Assembly: GCA_963803435.1 (NCBI GenBank)
Contig: CAWDML010000012.1
Span: forward strand, 1-32,000
Length of the DNA: 32,000 nucleotides
From: an uncultured delta proteobacterium
Lineage (GTDB): Bacteria > Myxococcota > Kuafuiibacteriia > Kuafuiibacteriales > Kuafuiibacteriaceae
Reading direction: 5' to 3'
This document shows positions 16,279-24,831 of the stretch, piece by piece. Numbering within the stretch: the stretch's first letter is position 1; every line of letters starts with the position of its first letter. A model generated the notes under the pieces. That model was not told the origin of the DNA, did no database searches, and was given only the letters and a program-made list of their open reading frames with translations. Position numbers and translations under genes: made by a program.

Positions 16279-16881
16279 GTGACCAGAATCCCCACCGGGC
16301 TCGATGAGCGGTTAGATCCCGACGCCGGCTCACACGTTTCTCCAGAGGTGGCGCTCCCCATCCTCTACGACGACGTCCTCATCGCCAGCCCCTGCGACGA
16401 GAAGTGGGACGACATGATCGGCGACGCCCAGCGCCGCCTCTGCGCGGGCTGCAACCAGAACGTCTACAACCTCGAGGCCATGCACGCCGAAGAGATCGTC
16501 GATCTCATCGAGCGCACCGAGGGCCAGTTCTGTCGCCGCGTGTTCCTCCGCAGCGACGGCACGGTGCTCACCGCGGACTGTCCCGTCGGCCTCCGTCGGA
16601 TCGCGCGGGCCGCGAAGCGCCGCCTCCTCCTCACCGCCGCCCTGGCAGCGAGCGCCGCCGCCTGGATCGCGTCCTATGTGTTCTTCGGCCGCCCCGCGGC
16701 CCCAGAGGTCGTGGGGCCGGACAAGCCGATCGCCAAGATCATTCAGAAGATCGAGGCGGCCACACCGCCGCCGATCCCCGTCGCGAGCCCCCTGCCCCTC
16801 GGCGGCCCGCCGCCACCGCCGCCGACGGTCGGACAGCATCTCGCCGGAAAGCCGCTCCCGCCTCCCCACCTGGGCAAGTAG
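16279..16881 (+). CDS. membrane-anchored protein with an N-terminal Cys-rich (putative Zn-binding) domain and a Pro-rich C-terminus
   Basis: The Cys-rich domain reads SPCDEKWDDMIGDAQRRLCAGCNQNVYNLEAMHAEEIVDLI...FCRRVFLRSDGTVLTADCP. The TM segment is LLLTAALAASAAAWIASYVFF. The tail is PPPIPVASPLPLGGPPPPPPTVG. The start is uncertain (GTG 16279 or GTG 16348). Confidence 0.6.
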   Translation: MTRIPTGLDERLDPDAGSHVSPEVALPILYDDVLIASPCDEKWDDMIGDAQRRLCAGCNQNVYNLEAMHAEEIVDLIERTEGQFCRRVFLRSDGTVLTADCPVGLRRIARAAKRRLLLTAALAASAAAWIASYVFFGRPAAPEVVGPDKPIAKIIQKIEAATPPPIPVASPLPLGGPPPPPPTVGQHLAGKPLPPPHLGK

Positions 16882-17069
16882 CGCCTCGCCCACCCGCGCG
16901 ATCGTGTGTGGGGGATCGGGCTCGGGACCGGGTTCTCGCAGGTCGACTCCACGCCAGGACCGGGGAGCGGCCACGCAAGGATTCGAGGCCGACGACGCGT
17001 CGAGGCAAGTGTGGTTGCCGTCGCCGGTGTGAATGCCACGCCGTGGAGCGGAATCGGACGCGTTGCCGC

Positions 17070-18245
17070 TCAGGGGCAGGCGCAGTTCACTCCGGCGTTG
17101 TTGTTGGTATGGACGACGTTGGTGCAGGCGACCGGCGGCGGAGACGGGCTGTCGCAGTACAGGCCGAAGCCGCCGTTGTCGGTGAAGGAGCTGTCGGTGA
17201 TCTCCCAGGACGTCGCGCCGATCATCGCGAACCCGTCCCCTTGGTCGCCGGCGTTGTTGTGGCTGGACGAGCCGCGCATCACCAGAACGCCGTCGTAGAC
17301 CAGGGCCCCCGCCTCCGGGTTGTCGTGCATGTCGCAGCCTGCCTCCAGGTCGAGGCGACCGCCCTCGAGATAGGCGCCGTCCCAGACGTTCCCGTACAGC
17401 TCGGTGGTGTGAAGGGTGAGATCGCCGCCGATGACGTCGACGCCGTCGGACGCGCCGTGGATGACCGAGGTCGAGACCACGCCCACACCTCCCGCGACGA
17501 CATAGATGCCCGAGCTGTCGGTGGTGCTGATGTTCTCGATGGCGAGATCCTCCCCGGTCAGGTTCCCGCCGGCCTGGATCCAGATCCCGTTGTCGACCGC
17601 CGGTCCGATCCGCACCCGGCGGATCTCCGCCTGAGCGCTGAGCACGACGCCGTCGGCGTTCGCGTTCTCGATGGACAGGTCCTCCAGCACCACGCCGGCG
17701 GTGAGCACCGAGACCGTCGGCGCCCCGGCCCCCGCGAGCACCGTGGTCTCACCAGCCCCGTGCAGCGTGATGCCCTTCGTCAGCGAGATCGACCCTTCGA
17801 ATCGGCCCGGAGAGATGAGGAGCACGTCGCCCGGCTGGGCGGCGTCGATCGCCTCCGGGAGGGAGCAGTAGACACCGCGGCCCTGGATCTCGACGGTGAC
17901 TCCGAGGCACACCCCGGCGTCCGGATCGGTGCCGGCGTCCTTGGGTGATGGCGGGCCCGCGTCCATCTCGGTGCCGGTATCGCTCGCTTCGGCGTCCATC
18001 GCCCCGGCGTCGGCATACGTCCCGCTGTCGAGGGGCGTGATGCCGGCGTCGTTCTCCAACCCCCCGACGATCGGCGTCACCATGGCGTCCGCGTCCTTGA
18101 TGACCACCTGCGCCTCGATGCACAGCCCTTCGACGCAGCGCTCGTCGCCGGCGCAATCCGAGTTGGCCTGGCACCCCGTCTCGAGCGCAGGTTGCGCGCA
18201 CGCAGCCATCGCCAGAAGTGGAGCAAAGGGGAGGAGCCAGCGCAT
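17070..18245 (-). CDS. secreted lipoprotein with right-handed parallel beta-helix (PbH1/pectate-lyase-fold) repeats
   Basis: The signal peptide MRWLLPFAPLLAMAACAQP has a lipobox-like MAAC. An Asp/Ala/Gly-rich linker follows. Repeated beta-helix turns include ITLHGAG, VLEDLSIENANADGVVL, IWIQAGGNL, LAIENISTTDSSGIYV, SVIHGASDGVDV and LYGNVWDGAYL. The C-terminus is Cys-rich. Confidence 0.85.
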   Translation of the reverse strand: MRWLLPFAPLLAMAACAQPALETGCQANSDCAGDERCVEGLCIEAQVVIKDADAMVTPIVGGLENDAGITPLDSGTYADAGAMDAEASDTGTEMDAGPPSPKDAGTDPDAGVCLGVTVEIQGRGVYCSLPEAIDAAQPGDVLLISPGRFEGSISLTKGITLHGAGETTVLAGAGAPTVSVLTAGVVLEDLSIENANADGVVLSAQAEIRRVRIGPAVDNGIWIQAGGNLTGEDLAIENISTTDSSGIYVVAGGVGVVSTSVIHGASDGVDVIGGDLTLHTTELYGNVWDGAYLEGGRLDLEAGCDMHDNPEAGALVYDGVLVMRGSSSHNNAGDQGDGFAMIGATSWEITDSSFTDNGGFGLYCDSPSPPPVACTNVVHTNNNAGVNCACP

Positions 18246-18559
18246 GGGCGTTCACACTGCAGCTCGTGTTCCACCTCCCGGACTCATCGTCTCGGCCCGA
18301 GGTGTCGGGTGCTGTAGACAGTGGGCGGAGGGGAGAAATGGTAGGTCCGGAGCTCGGCGCGGACACCGCCGAGGCGAGCCCGGTCCCACGGTCGGTGGAC
18401 CCGCGAATCCCGAGTCCGCCCGGACGCGTGCGGGTCCTCGGAGACCGCTGGATTGGGGACTTGGGTCCCTGAGTTTTCCTTCACGGCGCGGATCGGCCCG
18501 CCGGATCGGCCGCCCCGGCGGACCGGAACCCGTCCCGACGACCTGTGGCCCCGAGCCCC

Positions 18560-19129
18560 CGCCTGTCTCCCGGGTGTCTCACCGTCACGAGCCCCCTGTC
18601 GTCCGCGGCGATGACGCTGGAGTGCTGCCGCGAGAGGCGCTGCTCCGCGGTAGGAACGCGGGGCTCGCGCCAGGACCTCGGTCACCTGCGCGCGGGTGAG
18701 GTGCTCACCACCTCGCATCGCCTTGGCCAGCGCAGTCTGGCTGCGTCGGAGCACAGCGGCGTCGAGGTCCAGATCGTGGAAGCGCTTGGCGGCTCGGGCG
18801 ATCACCCGCGGCGCGACCAGGCGGAGGATCCAATCCACGTCGGCTCGGGCGATCACCCGCGGCGCGACCAGGCGGAGGATCCAATCCACGTCGGCGCGCG
18901 CGATGAGCTGCCAGGTTCCGCGCATCGCGTGGGTCCGGAGGACGGCGCCGTCCGAGATCGCGCGCTCGATGATCGCATCGGTGCTGCCGGGCAGGCGGAC
19001 CCCGAGCGCCCACTTGGCTGCTCCGTAGTCCTGGGCCTACACTGCGCCCAACCGGGCGACCAGCGCAGCAGGCGACGCAAGGTCACGGCGGCCGATGTGC
19101 TAGGCGGCGGGTCGACGCGTTCGGATCAT
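18560..19129 (-). pseudogene. AlkZ/YcaQ-like winged-helix DNA glycosylase (DUF1006 type), N-terminal third, with two in-frame TAG codons, a 51-bp in-frame duplication and loss of the C-terminal two thirds
   Basis: From the ATG at 19129: MIRTRRPAA*HIGRRDLASPAALVARLGAV*AQDYGAAKWALGVRLPGSTDAIIERAISDGAVLRTHAMRGTWQLIARADVDWILRLVAPRVI (duplicated) ARAAKRFHDLDLD...GEHLTRAQVTEVLARA. Family signatures are GAVQAQDY and LRTH.(M/L)R.TW. The TAG codons at 19100-19102 and 19037-19039 fall where Gln is expected. Downstream of about 18620 no frame keeps family similarity. The 3' boundary is approximate. Confidence 0.7.
18790..18891. repeat. perfect 51-bp tandem duplication (2 copies) inside the AlkZ-like pseudogene
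   Basis: cggctcgggcgatcacccgcggcgcgaccaggcggaggatccaatccacgt occurs at 18790-18840 and again at 18841-18891. It duplicates 17 codons (ARADVDWILRLVAPRVI) on the minus strand. Confidence 0.95.
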
Positions 19130-19291
19130 GACGCCCGGACGCTAAGGCCCGCGAGCGGGTTTCGCTAGGACCTGATGACCTCGCTCCGCAAGCACGTGAT
19201 CGCGACGCGCCTCGGCGAGACGAGGTAGAATCGCCGTCATCCGCGTCTCGCTCGCCCTCGCATTGGTCGCGGCTGTGCCGACGGCACCACC

Positions 19292-20195
19292 TTGCTCGAG
19301 CCCACCGACGCCGGTCCCGCACGGCCTCCGGCTTGCGAGGACGGAACGCTCAGCCCGGGCGAGGCCGTCAACCACGAGCTCCACCACAAGAAGACGTTCT
19401 GGGTCGGCGAAGGGTTGACGACGATGCTCGATCAGACCGACGCCGACGTCCCGGGCGAGCTCCTCCGCGTCCCCTTCGCCAGCTTCGCGCTCGTCTTCAC
19501 CGATCGGCACTTCCTCGGTATCGCCGAGCGCATGCTCGCCATCGAGGACGAGGACGCCACCGTCGCCGGCCAGAAGCTCCGCGTCGCCACCGTGTACGTT
19601 CGGGAGGCGCCGGAGGAGATTGAGCCGGATCGGGAGGCCCTCGGAGCTCGCGCGCTGCGCATCACTCTTGCCTTCGACGCGTTCGGCAGCGCCTGGCCAT
19701 ACATCCTCTCACGCGTCCTGCCGATCGACCCCACCGCAACGCTCAAAGAGATCGTCCGCGCTCACCTTCCCACCGACGGACGCGAGGATGAGCTGGTGCT
19801 CAAGTCCGGCCGGCTCGCCCGACTCGTGAACCTCGTGCTCAACGCCGTCCTCTACGCGACCAGCGCGGGAGTCGAGGCGAAGACCCTCCGGCGCACGAAG
19901 CCCAAGCCGAAGGCCAGCAGCAGGCGCGCGCCCGACCACACCTCCGACGACGTCTTCCACCTTCCCGGACACATCGACATCCAGCTGGTCCGGAACGTCA
20001 CCGCGATCGCACGCGCTCCCGGCGGACGCCAGAATCCTTCATCGCTTCATGGTGCGCGGCCACTGGCGGCGGCCCAATCCAGCCTGGGGCGACCAGCGCA
20101 TGAGATGGATCGAGCCCTACTGGAAGGGCCCCGAGATGGCCGCGGTCATCGAGCGCTCATATCGACTCCATCCGGGCGAGGTGATCGATCGGTAG
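19292..20195 (+). pseudogene. conserved hypothetical protein with a basic C-terminal RGHWRR...W(I)EPYWKGP motif, frameshifted near 20025-20040
   Basis: The listed ORF (19292..20344) is plausible up to ...VFHLPGHIDIQLVRNVTAIARAPGGR. The sensible continuation ILHRFMVRGHWRRPNPAWGDQRMRWIEPYWKGPEMAAVIERSYRLHPGEVIDR, with a stop at 20193-20195, is in another frame. The listed frame runs on into the tandem repeats as low-complexity sequence. The start (TTG 19292) is uncertain. Confidence 0.55.
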
Positions 20196-20229
20196 CCGAG
20201 CGGCCCCATTCGGACCGACCCCGAAACCC

Positions 20230-20786
20230 GAGCTCCACGAAGTCGCCAAAGGCGACGAGCGGAGCGAAGCGGACTAGCCCGAAGCCCGTGCGCAGCCCGA
20301 CAGATCCGAATGCGTCGGCCGACGCGGGAAAGGAATCGCCCTAGCGACGCCTGAGCTCCACGAAGTCGCCAAAGGCGACGAGCGGAGCGAAGCGGACTAG
20401 CCCGAAGCCCGTGCGCAGCCCGACAAATCCGAACGCGTCGGCCGACGCGGGAAAGGAATCGCCCTAGCGACGCCTGAGCTCCACGAAGTCGCCGAAGGCG
20501 ACGAGCGGAGCGAAGCGGACTAGCCCGAAGCCCGTGCGCAGCCCGACAAATCCGAACGCGTCGGCCGACGCGGGAAAGGAATCGCCCTAGCGACGCCTGA
20601 GCTCCACGAAGTCGCCGAAGGCGACGAGCGGAGCGAAGCGGACTAGCCCGAAGCCCGTGCGCAGCCCGACAAATCCGAACGCGTCGGCCGACGCGGGAAA
20701 GGAATCGCCCTAGCGACGCCTGAGCTCCACGAAGTCGCCAAAGGCGACGAGCGGAGCGAAGCGGACTAGCCCGAAGCCCGTGCGCG
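20230..20786. repeat. 123-bp tandem repeat, 4.5 near-identical copies, filling the spacer up to 22 nt from the tRNA-Sec 3' end
   Basis: Units start at 20230, 20353, 20476, 20599 and 20722 (exact 123-bp period). The last unit stops after ...cccgaagcccgtgcgc. Only a few SNPs differ (gccaaaggc vs gccgaaggc; cagatccgaatgcg vs caaatccgaacgcg). Each unit holds the hairpin GTCGCC-(A/G)AA-GGCGAC and the 16-bp perfect palindrome CGCGTCGGCCGACGCG. Confidence 0.95.
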
Positions 20787-20805
20787 TCCAGCCAGCTCCG
20801 CAGGA

Positions 20806-20906
<101 letters not shown>

Positions 20907-20938
20907 GTTCGCTCGCGTAGCACGGGTGCCCGGCCGCG

Positions 20939-21553
20939 TTAAGCCCTCCGGCGCTTTCGGGGTGCGATCGCGTCGAGGTACGCGCGGCCGCGGGGCGAGA
21001 TCTCGTAGCCGACCTCGAAGCTCTGGGTGAGGCCGAGCTTCTTCAGCTTTCGGATGTCCACCTTCAGCTCGGCCCGGTCGCGTCCGAGCTTGTCGGCCAG
21101 CTTGCTCGCGGCGACCCGGGGTTGCTTCTCGATGGCTCGGAGGGTGGCGAGGGTCCAGGCACCGTTGCGATCGAGGCGTTCGAGCTTGGTGCAGAGCTCC
21201 GAGACGTCGTCCTCCGAGAGGTGGTCGTCGAGCGCGATCTCGACGCGATCGCCGTCGCCGCCGTGGTGGAGGGTGACGCGGTAGAGCTCGGTGTCGTCGT
21301 CGAGGGCGCCGCCGGGGCCGGAGCGGATGTAGTCGAGGAGGGCGGCCTTGGAGTCGAAGCCGGCCTTCTTGGCGTCGCGGGCGGTGATGTCGCCGAAGCG
21401 GACGAGGTCGATGGCGTCGACCTCGAGGACACCGATCGGGTGGCAGCGGTAGCGGCCGCCGGGGCGGACGTGCGGCTTCTCCCAGCGGCGGAAGGTGAGC
21501 GTGATGCGGCCGTTCAGCAGGCCTTCGTGGAAGGGCTTCTTGAACAGAAGCAT
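20939..21553 (-). CDS. ASCH domain protein with a C-terminal winged-helix-like domain
   Basis: MLLFKKPFHEGLLNGRITLTFRRWEKPHVRPGGRYR is an ASCH beta-barrel start. The C-terminal part QPRVAASKLADKLGRDRAELKVDIRKLKKLGLTQS is wHTH-like. Confidence 0.8.
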   Translation of the reverse strand: MLLFKKPFHEGLLNGRITLTFRRWEKPHVRPGGRYRCHPIGVLEVDAIDLVRFGDITARDAKKAGFDSKAALLDYIRSGPGGALDDDTELYRVTLHHGGDGDRVEIALDDHLSEDDVSELCTKLERLDRNGAWTLATLRAIEKQPRVAASKLADKLGRDRAELKVDIRKLKKLGLTQSFEVGYEISPRGRAYLDAIAPRKRRRA

Positions 21554-21566
21554 GCGGGCGGGACGA

Positions 21567-22160
21567 TCAGATCTTGACCAGCTCCAGGTCCAGCTCGATC
21601 TTCACCTTCTGGTCGACGACCACGCCGCCGGTCTCGATCGCCTTGTTCCACTTGAGGCCGTAGTCGTAGCGATCGATCACCGTGCTGGCGCTGGCGCCGC
21701 GGACCATCTTTCCCCAGGGATTCTTGGCGGGGGCCGTGACCTCGGTGACGTGGAGCGTGACGGGCTTGGTGACGTCGCGGATCGTCAAGGTGCCTTGCAC
21801 TTCGTAGCCCTTGCCCTTCTTGGTGACCTTGGTGGACTTGAAGGTCATCTTCGGGAACTTCTGCGAGTCGAAGAAGTCGGGGGAGCGGAGGTGCTCGTCC
21901 CGCTTGTCGGCATCGGTGTCGACGGAGGCGGTATCGATGGAGACCTCGATCTTGTTGTTGGCCGGATTCTTGTCGTCGAGATCGATGGTGCCGGTGTACG
22001 TCTTGAACTTGCCGCGGACGTTGGAGACCGCCATGTGGCGGACCACGAAGCCGACCGTGCTGTGGTCGGGATCGACGCTCCATTGATCGGCGTAGGCGGC
22101 CCCGCCGGCGAGGCTCACCAGGGACCAGACAGCGCTAGCGAAGAGGATTCGTTTGGACAT
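21567..22160 (-). CDS. yceI: YceI-family periplasmic polyisoprenoid-binding protein
   Basis: The signal peptide is MSKRILFASAVWSLVSLAGGAAYA. The core reads W.VDPDHSTVGFVVRHMAVSNVRGKF..YTGTIDLD...ASVDT....RDEHLRSPDFFDSQKFP.MTFKST...G.LTIRDVTKPV, which is the canonical YceI signature. Confidence 0.9.
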   Translation of the reverse strand: MSKRILFASAVWSLVSLAGGAAYADQWSVDPDHSTVGFVVRHMAVSNVRGKFKTYTGTIDLDDKNPANNKIEVSIDTASVDTDADKRDEHLRSPDFFDSQKFPKMTFKSTKVTKKGKGYEVQGTLTIRDVTKPVTLHVTEVTAPAKNPWGKMVRGASASTVIDRYDYGLKWNKAIETGGVVVDQKVKIELDLELVKI

Positions 22161-22168
22161 GGGTGTCT

Positions 22169-22188
22169 AATCGGACTAAGGTCCGGTT
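22169..22188. promoter_or_regulatory. candidate TetR operator in the yceI / tetR divergent intergenic region
   Basis: An imperfect palindrome AATCGGAC-TAAG-GTCCGGTT (7 of 8 arm positions complementary) sits centred in the 62-bp intergenic region between divergently transcribed genes. Confidence 0.3.
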
Positions 22189-22222
22189 CATGTCAAGGCT
22201 TTTCTTGATAAGGTGAGGGGCG

Positions 22223-22858
22223 GTGACGGGGAGGCCCAAGACGCGCGGGCTGTCGGTCGTCGGCCAGGCGCCGGCAGTGCCCGAGCGGCGGGACGCGGCG
22301 CGAAATCGCGTCCGGATCTTGGAGGCTGCGCGCCAGCTCCTACGGGATCGACCGATCGGGGAGATCTGCATGGACGAGCTGGCCCGCACGGCCGGCGTCG
22401 GCAAGGGGACCCTGTATCGGCGCTTTGCGGACCGGGCCTCGCTGTGCCGGGCGCTCCTGCACGAGAACGCGATCGGCCTGCAGAACCGGGTCCTCGACGG
22501 GCTCGGTCTGCCGATCGACGCGCCCTGGATCGACCGCCTCGATCGCTGCCTCGACGCCTTCTTCGACTTCGTCCACGACAACGCCGCCCTCCTCTCGGAG
22601 GCGCTCGCGTTCGACCGGGGGAAGACCACCCGCTTCACGCACCCGGCCCACGCCTGGCAGCGGGAGACGCTGGCCCTCTATCTGACCAAGGCCGTCGCCG
22701 CGAACGAGATCCAGCCGCTGGATCCGACCGTCACGGCCGAGCTCCTCCTGGCGGGCCTCGATCCCGACCTGATGCAGTGGCAGCACACGTGCGGTTTGAA
22801 CCGCGACGCGCTCAAGCTCCACTTCCGGCGCTTCTGGCGCCAGGGCGTCCTCGGCTAG
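22223..22858 (+). CDS. TetR/AcrR family transcriptional regulator
   Basis: The N-terminal HTH is RNRVRILEAARQLLRDRPIGEICMDELARTAGVGKGTLYRRFADRASL. It is divergent from yceI. Its stop codon TAG is part of the CTAG that flanks the adjacent IS. Confidence 0.85.
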   Translation: MTGRPKTRGLSVVGQAPAVPERRDAARNRVRILEAARQLLRDRPIGEICMDELARTAGVGKGTLYRRFADRASLCRALLHENAIGLQNRVLDGLGLPIDAPWIDRLDRCLDAFFDFVHDNAALLSEALAFDRGKTTRFTHPAHAWQRETLALYLTKAVAANEIQPLDPTVTAELLLAGLDPDLMQWQHTCGLNRDALKLHFRRFWRQGVLG

Positions 22859-22928
22859 GAGCGTGTAGCGCGTAGCGCTACCGCGAGCCCGGTCCGGGTC
22901 CCGGTCCCGGTCCCGGTCCCGATGGCGA

Positions 22929-23310
22929 TCATGCAGCCCGGCGTGCGTTCATCGACTTGACGAGGCGCGTGAGCATCTCGACAACGCGCTTGAGCTTGGC
23001 TCTGGCGGCTTGGACCTTCTGCTCGTCGGCGAGTCGGCGCCTCAAGCAGGTGTGGAGTGAGGCGGCGCTTTCGGTGCCAGAGCGAAGTGCCATCCGGTAG
23101 AAGCGAGCGGTAGAAGCGAGCCTTCTCAGGTGGATTGAACTCTCCGGCGCCCTCGGCGGTGTTGTTCACGATGGAATCGGATGCCCGCCGAAGCTGATCG
23201 CGGACGTGAGCGTGACCGGGTTGCAGTTCTTGTGCGATCTCTTCAGCGATGTCGGCATACTCGACGGCGAGCTGGTAGGCCTCGAGCTTCTCGTGATCGA
23301 AAGTGACCAT
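22929..23310 (-). pseudogene. four-helix-bundle protein (23S rRNA intervening-sequence protein family, TIGR02436-like), frameshifted by a 13-bp tandem duplication
   Basis: From the ATG at 23310: MVTFDHEKLEAYQLAVEYADIAEEIAQELQPGHAHVRDQLRRASDSIVNNTAEGAGEFNPPEKARFYR. GGTAGAAGCGAGC is then duplicated in tandem (23096-23108 and 23109-23121). Removing one copy restores ...RFYRMALRSGTESAASLHTCLRRRLADEQKVQAARAKLKRVVEMLTRLVKSMNARRAA, with a stop at 22929-22931. Confidence 0.75.
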
Positions 23311-23439
23311 GCAAGCTAGCTTGCGGTAGCTCGTCCACTTTGACCAGCAGAAGTTCTTGGAGGTCGTTTCGTCTGGAATCGATCGTTGGGCGGATCGACT
23401 TCGACGCCTGGACTTGATCCCATGGTTTCGTGGCGAAGC

Positions 23440-24687
23440 AATACCGTTCTTGGACTCCGAGACAATCGTTCTTGCTCCCGCCGTCCCCTCTCGAGTGGCC
23501 CAGAAAATCATCTCGCGTACTTCGTCTTGGACGTCGTCGATGAGGTAGAGCTGAGCGCGATCGAGATCTCGATCCAGTCCAAGGACCCGCGAGGCGAGCG
23601 ACCGTACTCGCCTCGAATGATGATCGCGCTGCTTCTGTACGCCCACTGCACCGGCATCTATTCGTCGCGGAGGATCGCGCGGGCGACCTACCAAGACATT
23701 CCATTCCGGGTGCTGGCTGGAGAAAGTCATCCCCACTTCACGACGATCAACGAGTTTCGGCTGGTCCACCTGGAGGCACTGAAAGCGCTCTTCCTCGAAG
23801 TCCTGAAGCTTTGCCAGAAAGCAGGTTTGGTGCGGCTCGGACACGTCGCACTCGATGGCTCGAAGGTGCAGGCGAACGCGAGCAAGCACAAGGCGATGAC
23901 CTACGAGCGGATGGCCGAGGAGGAGAAGCGGCTGTCTCTCGAGATCGAAGAACTGCTGGAGCGAGCGCGCACGATCGACCAAGAGGAAGACGAGCAAAGC
24001 GGATGATGCTCTTGTGGATCTGGTGGAGCAGAAGCGAGCGAGAACTCGAGCCGAGAAGGCAAGAGCGCAGGCTGACCAGCTCGAACCATCCCCAGACCCA
24101 GACCCAACTGAACGAAATGATGGATGGCCGCATCATCGCGTTCCTGCAAATGTGGACGGCACACCGAGGCCCAACGCTCAGAGGAACTTCACCGACTCAG
24201 ACAGGTGATTGTCGCCGAAGGGGTCAGCAACCAGGCACCTGATCAGCAACGCCTCGTCCCGATGCTCCGTGATGTGTTCGGCAACTGCGGCGATGCTCCG
24301 CGGAAGATGACGGCAGACAACGGCTATCTGAGCGCGACCAACATCGAATTCTGCGACAACAATCAGATCGATGCCCACATCGCTGTTGGACGCGAACAGA
24401 ACCAAGACGCGTCGACTCCGTCCTCATCAGCTTCGGAGCCCACACCTGCCTCGCTCGCTCGCAAGCGAATGCGAGACAAGTTGCAAACGCGCGACGGCAA
24501 GGCGGTCTACCCCCGCAGGAAGAGTATCGTCGAACCGGCGCTCGGACAGATCAAAGGGGCACGAGGATTCCGCCGGTTCTCGCTCCGCTCCTTCTTCAAG
24601 GTACGAGCCGAGTGGACGCTCGTCTGCCTCACCCACAACCTGCTCAAGCTCTACCGATCGAAGCTCGCGACCGTCGCGAGCGTCTGA
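23440..24687 (+). pseudogene. IS1182-family DDE transposase, at least 3 frameshifts plus an internal deletion
   Basis: The pieces sit in different frames. Piece 1 is FLLPPSPLEWP. Piece 2 is ENHLAYFVLDVVDEVELSAIE...YSPRMMIALLLYAHCTGIYSSRRIARATYQDIPFRVLAGESHPHFTTINEFR...GLVRLGHVALDGSKVQANASKHKAMTYERM (ORF 23386..24006). Piece 3 is ...PRPNAQRNFTDSDR (24014..24208). Piece 4 is QVIVAEGVSNQAPDQQRLVPML...MTADNGYLS...IVEPALGQIKGARGFRRFSLRSFFKVRAEWTLVCLTHNLLKL (24124..24687). The block expected between NFTD.(D/E)SR and Q.IVA (first catalytic Asp region) is missing. The 5' boundary is approximate. Confidence 0.8.
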
Positions 24688-24831
24688 CTCAAGGCAGCCA
24701 TCTTCAGATCGGGATCGGGATCGGGACCCGGACCGGGACCGGGACCCGGACCGGGGTCGCGTGAGCGCTTACGCGCTAAACGCTCCTAGCGGAGCAGGCC
24801 CTCGAGCGGTAGAAGGGCGCTCGGTGTTTTC

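Larger units (their letters stand above)
22859..24785 (+). mobile_element. degenerate IS1182-family (IS5-like) insertion sequence, about 1.93 kb, with about 65-bp imperfect terminal inverted repeats, CTAG flanks and a four-helix-bundle passenger gene
   Basis: The left end is GAGCGTGTAGCGCGTAGCGCTACCGCGAGCCCGGTCCGGGTCCCGGTCCCGGTCCCGGTCCCGAT (22859-22923). The reverse complement of the right end (24707-24785) is GAGCGTTTAGCGCGTAAGCGCTCACGCGACCCCGGTCCGGGTCCCGGTCCCGGTCCGGGTCCCGATCCCGATCCCGATC, about 90 % identical by eye. CTAG lies at 22855-22858 and at 24786-24789. The interior encodes transposase fragments plus a four-helix-bundle gene. Confidence 0.7.

Noticed and set aside
19037-19102. The two in-frame TAG codons as programmed recoding (amber suppression or pyrrolysine), possibly linked to the odd tRNA at 12245.
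   Set aside because: The odd tRNA has anticodon AGU, not CUA. The same gene also carries a duplication and a truncation. Plain nonsense mutations in a pseudogene are the simpler reading.
20230-20786. A possible CRISPR array.
   Set aside because: The whole 123-bp unit is repeated with no unique spacers between repeats, and no cas genes are nearby.
22885-22922. The (GGTCCC)n tract, and its partner at 24707-24760, as stand-alone microsatellites or as Gly-Pro/Gly-Thr repeat coding sequence.
   Set aside because: The two tracts are reverse complements of each other within longer inverted repeats that bound an IS. The ORFs crossing them are shadow frames.
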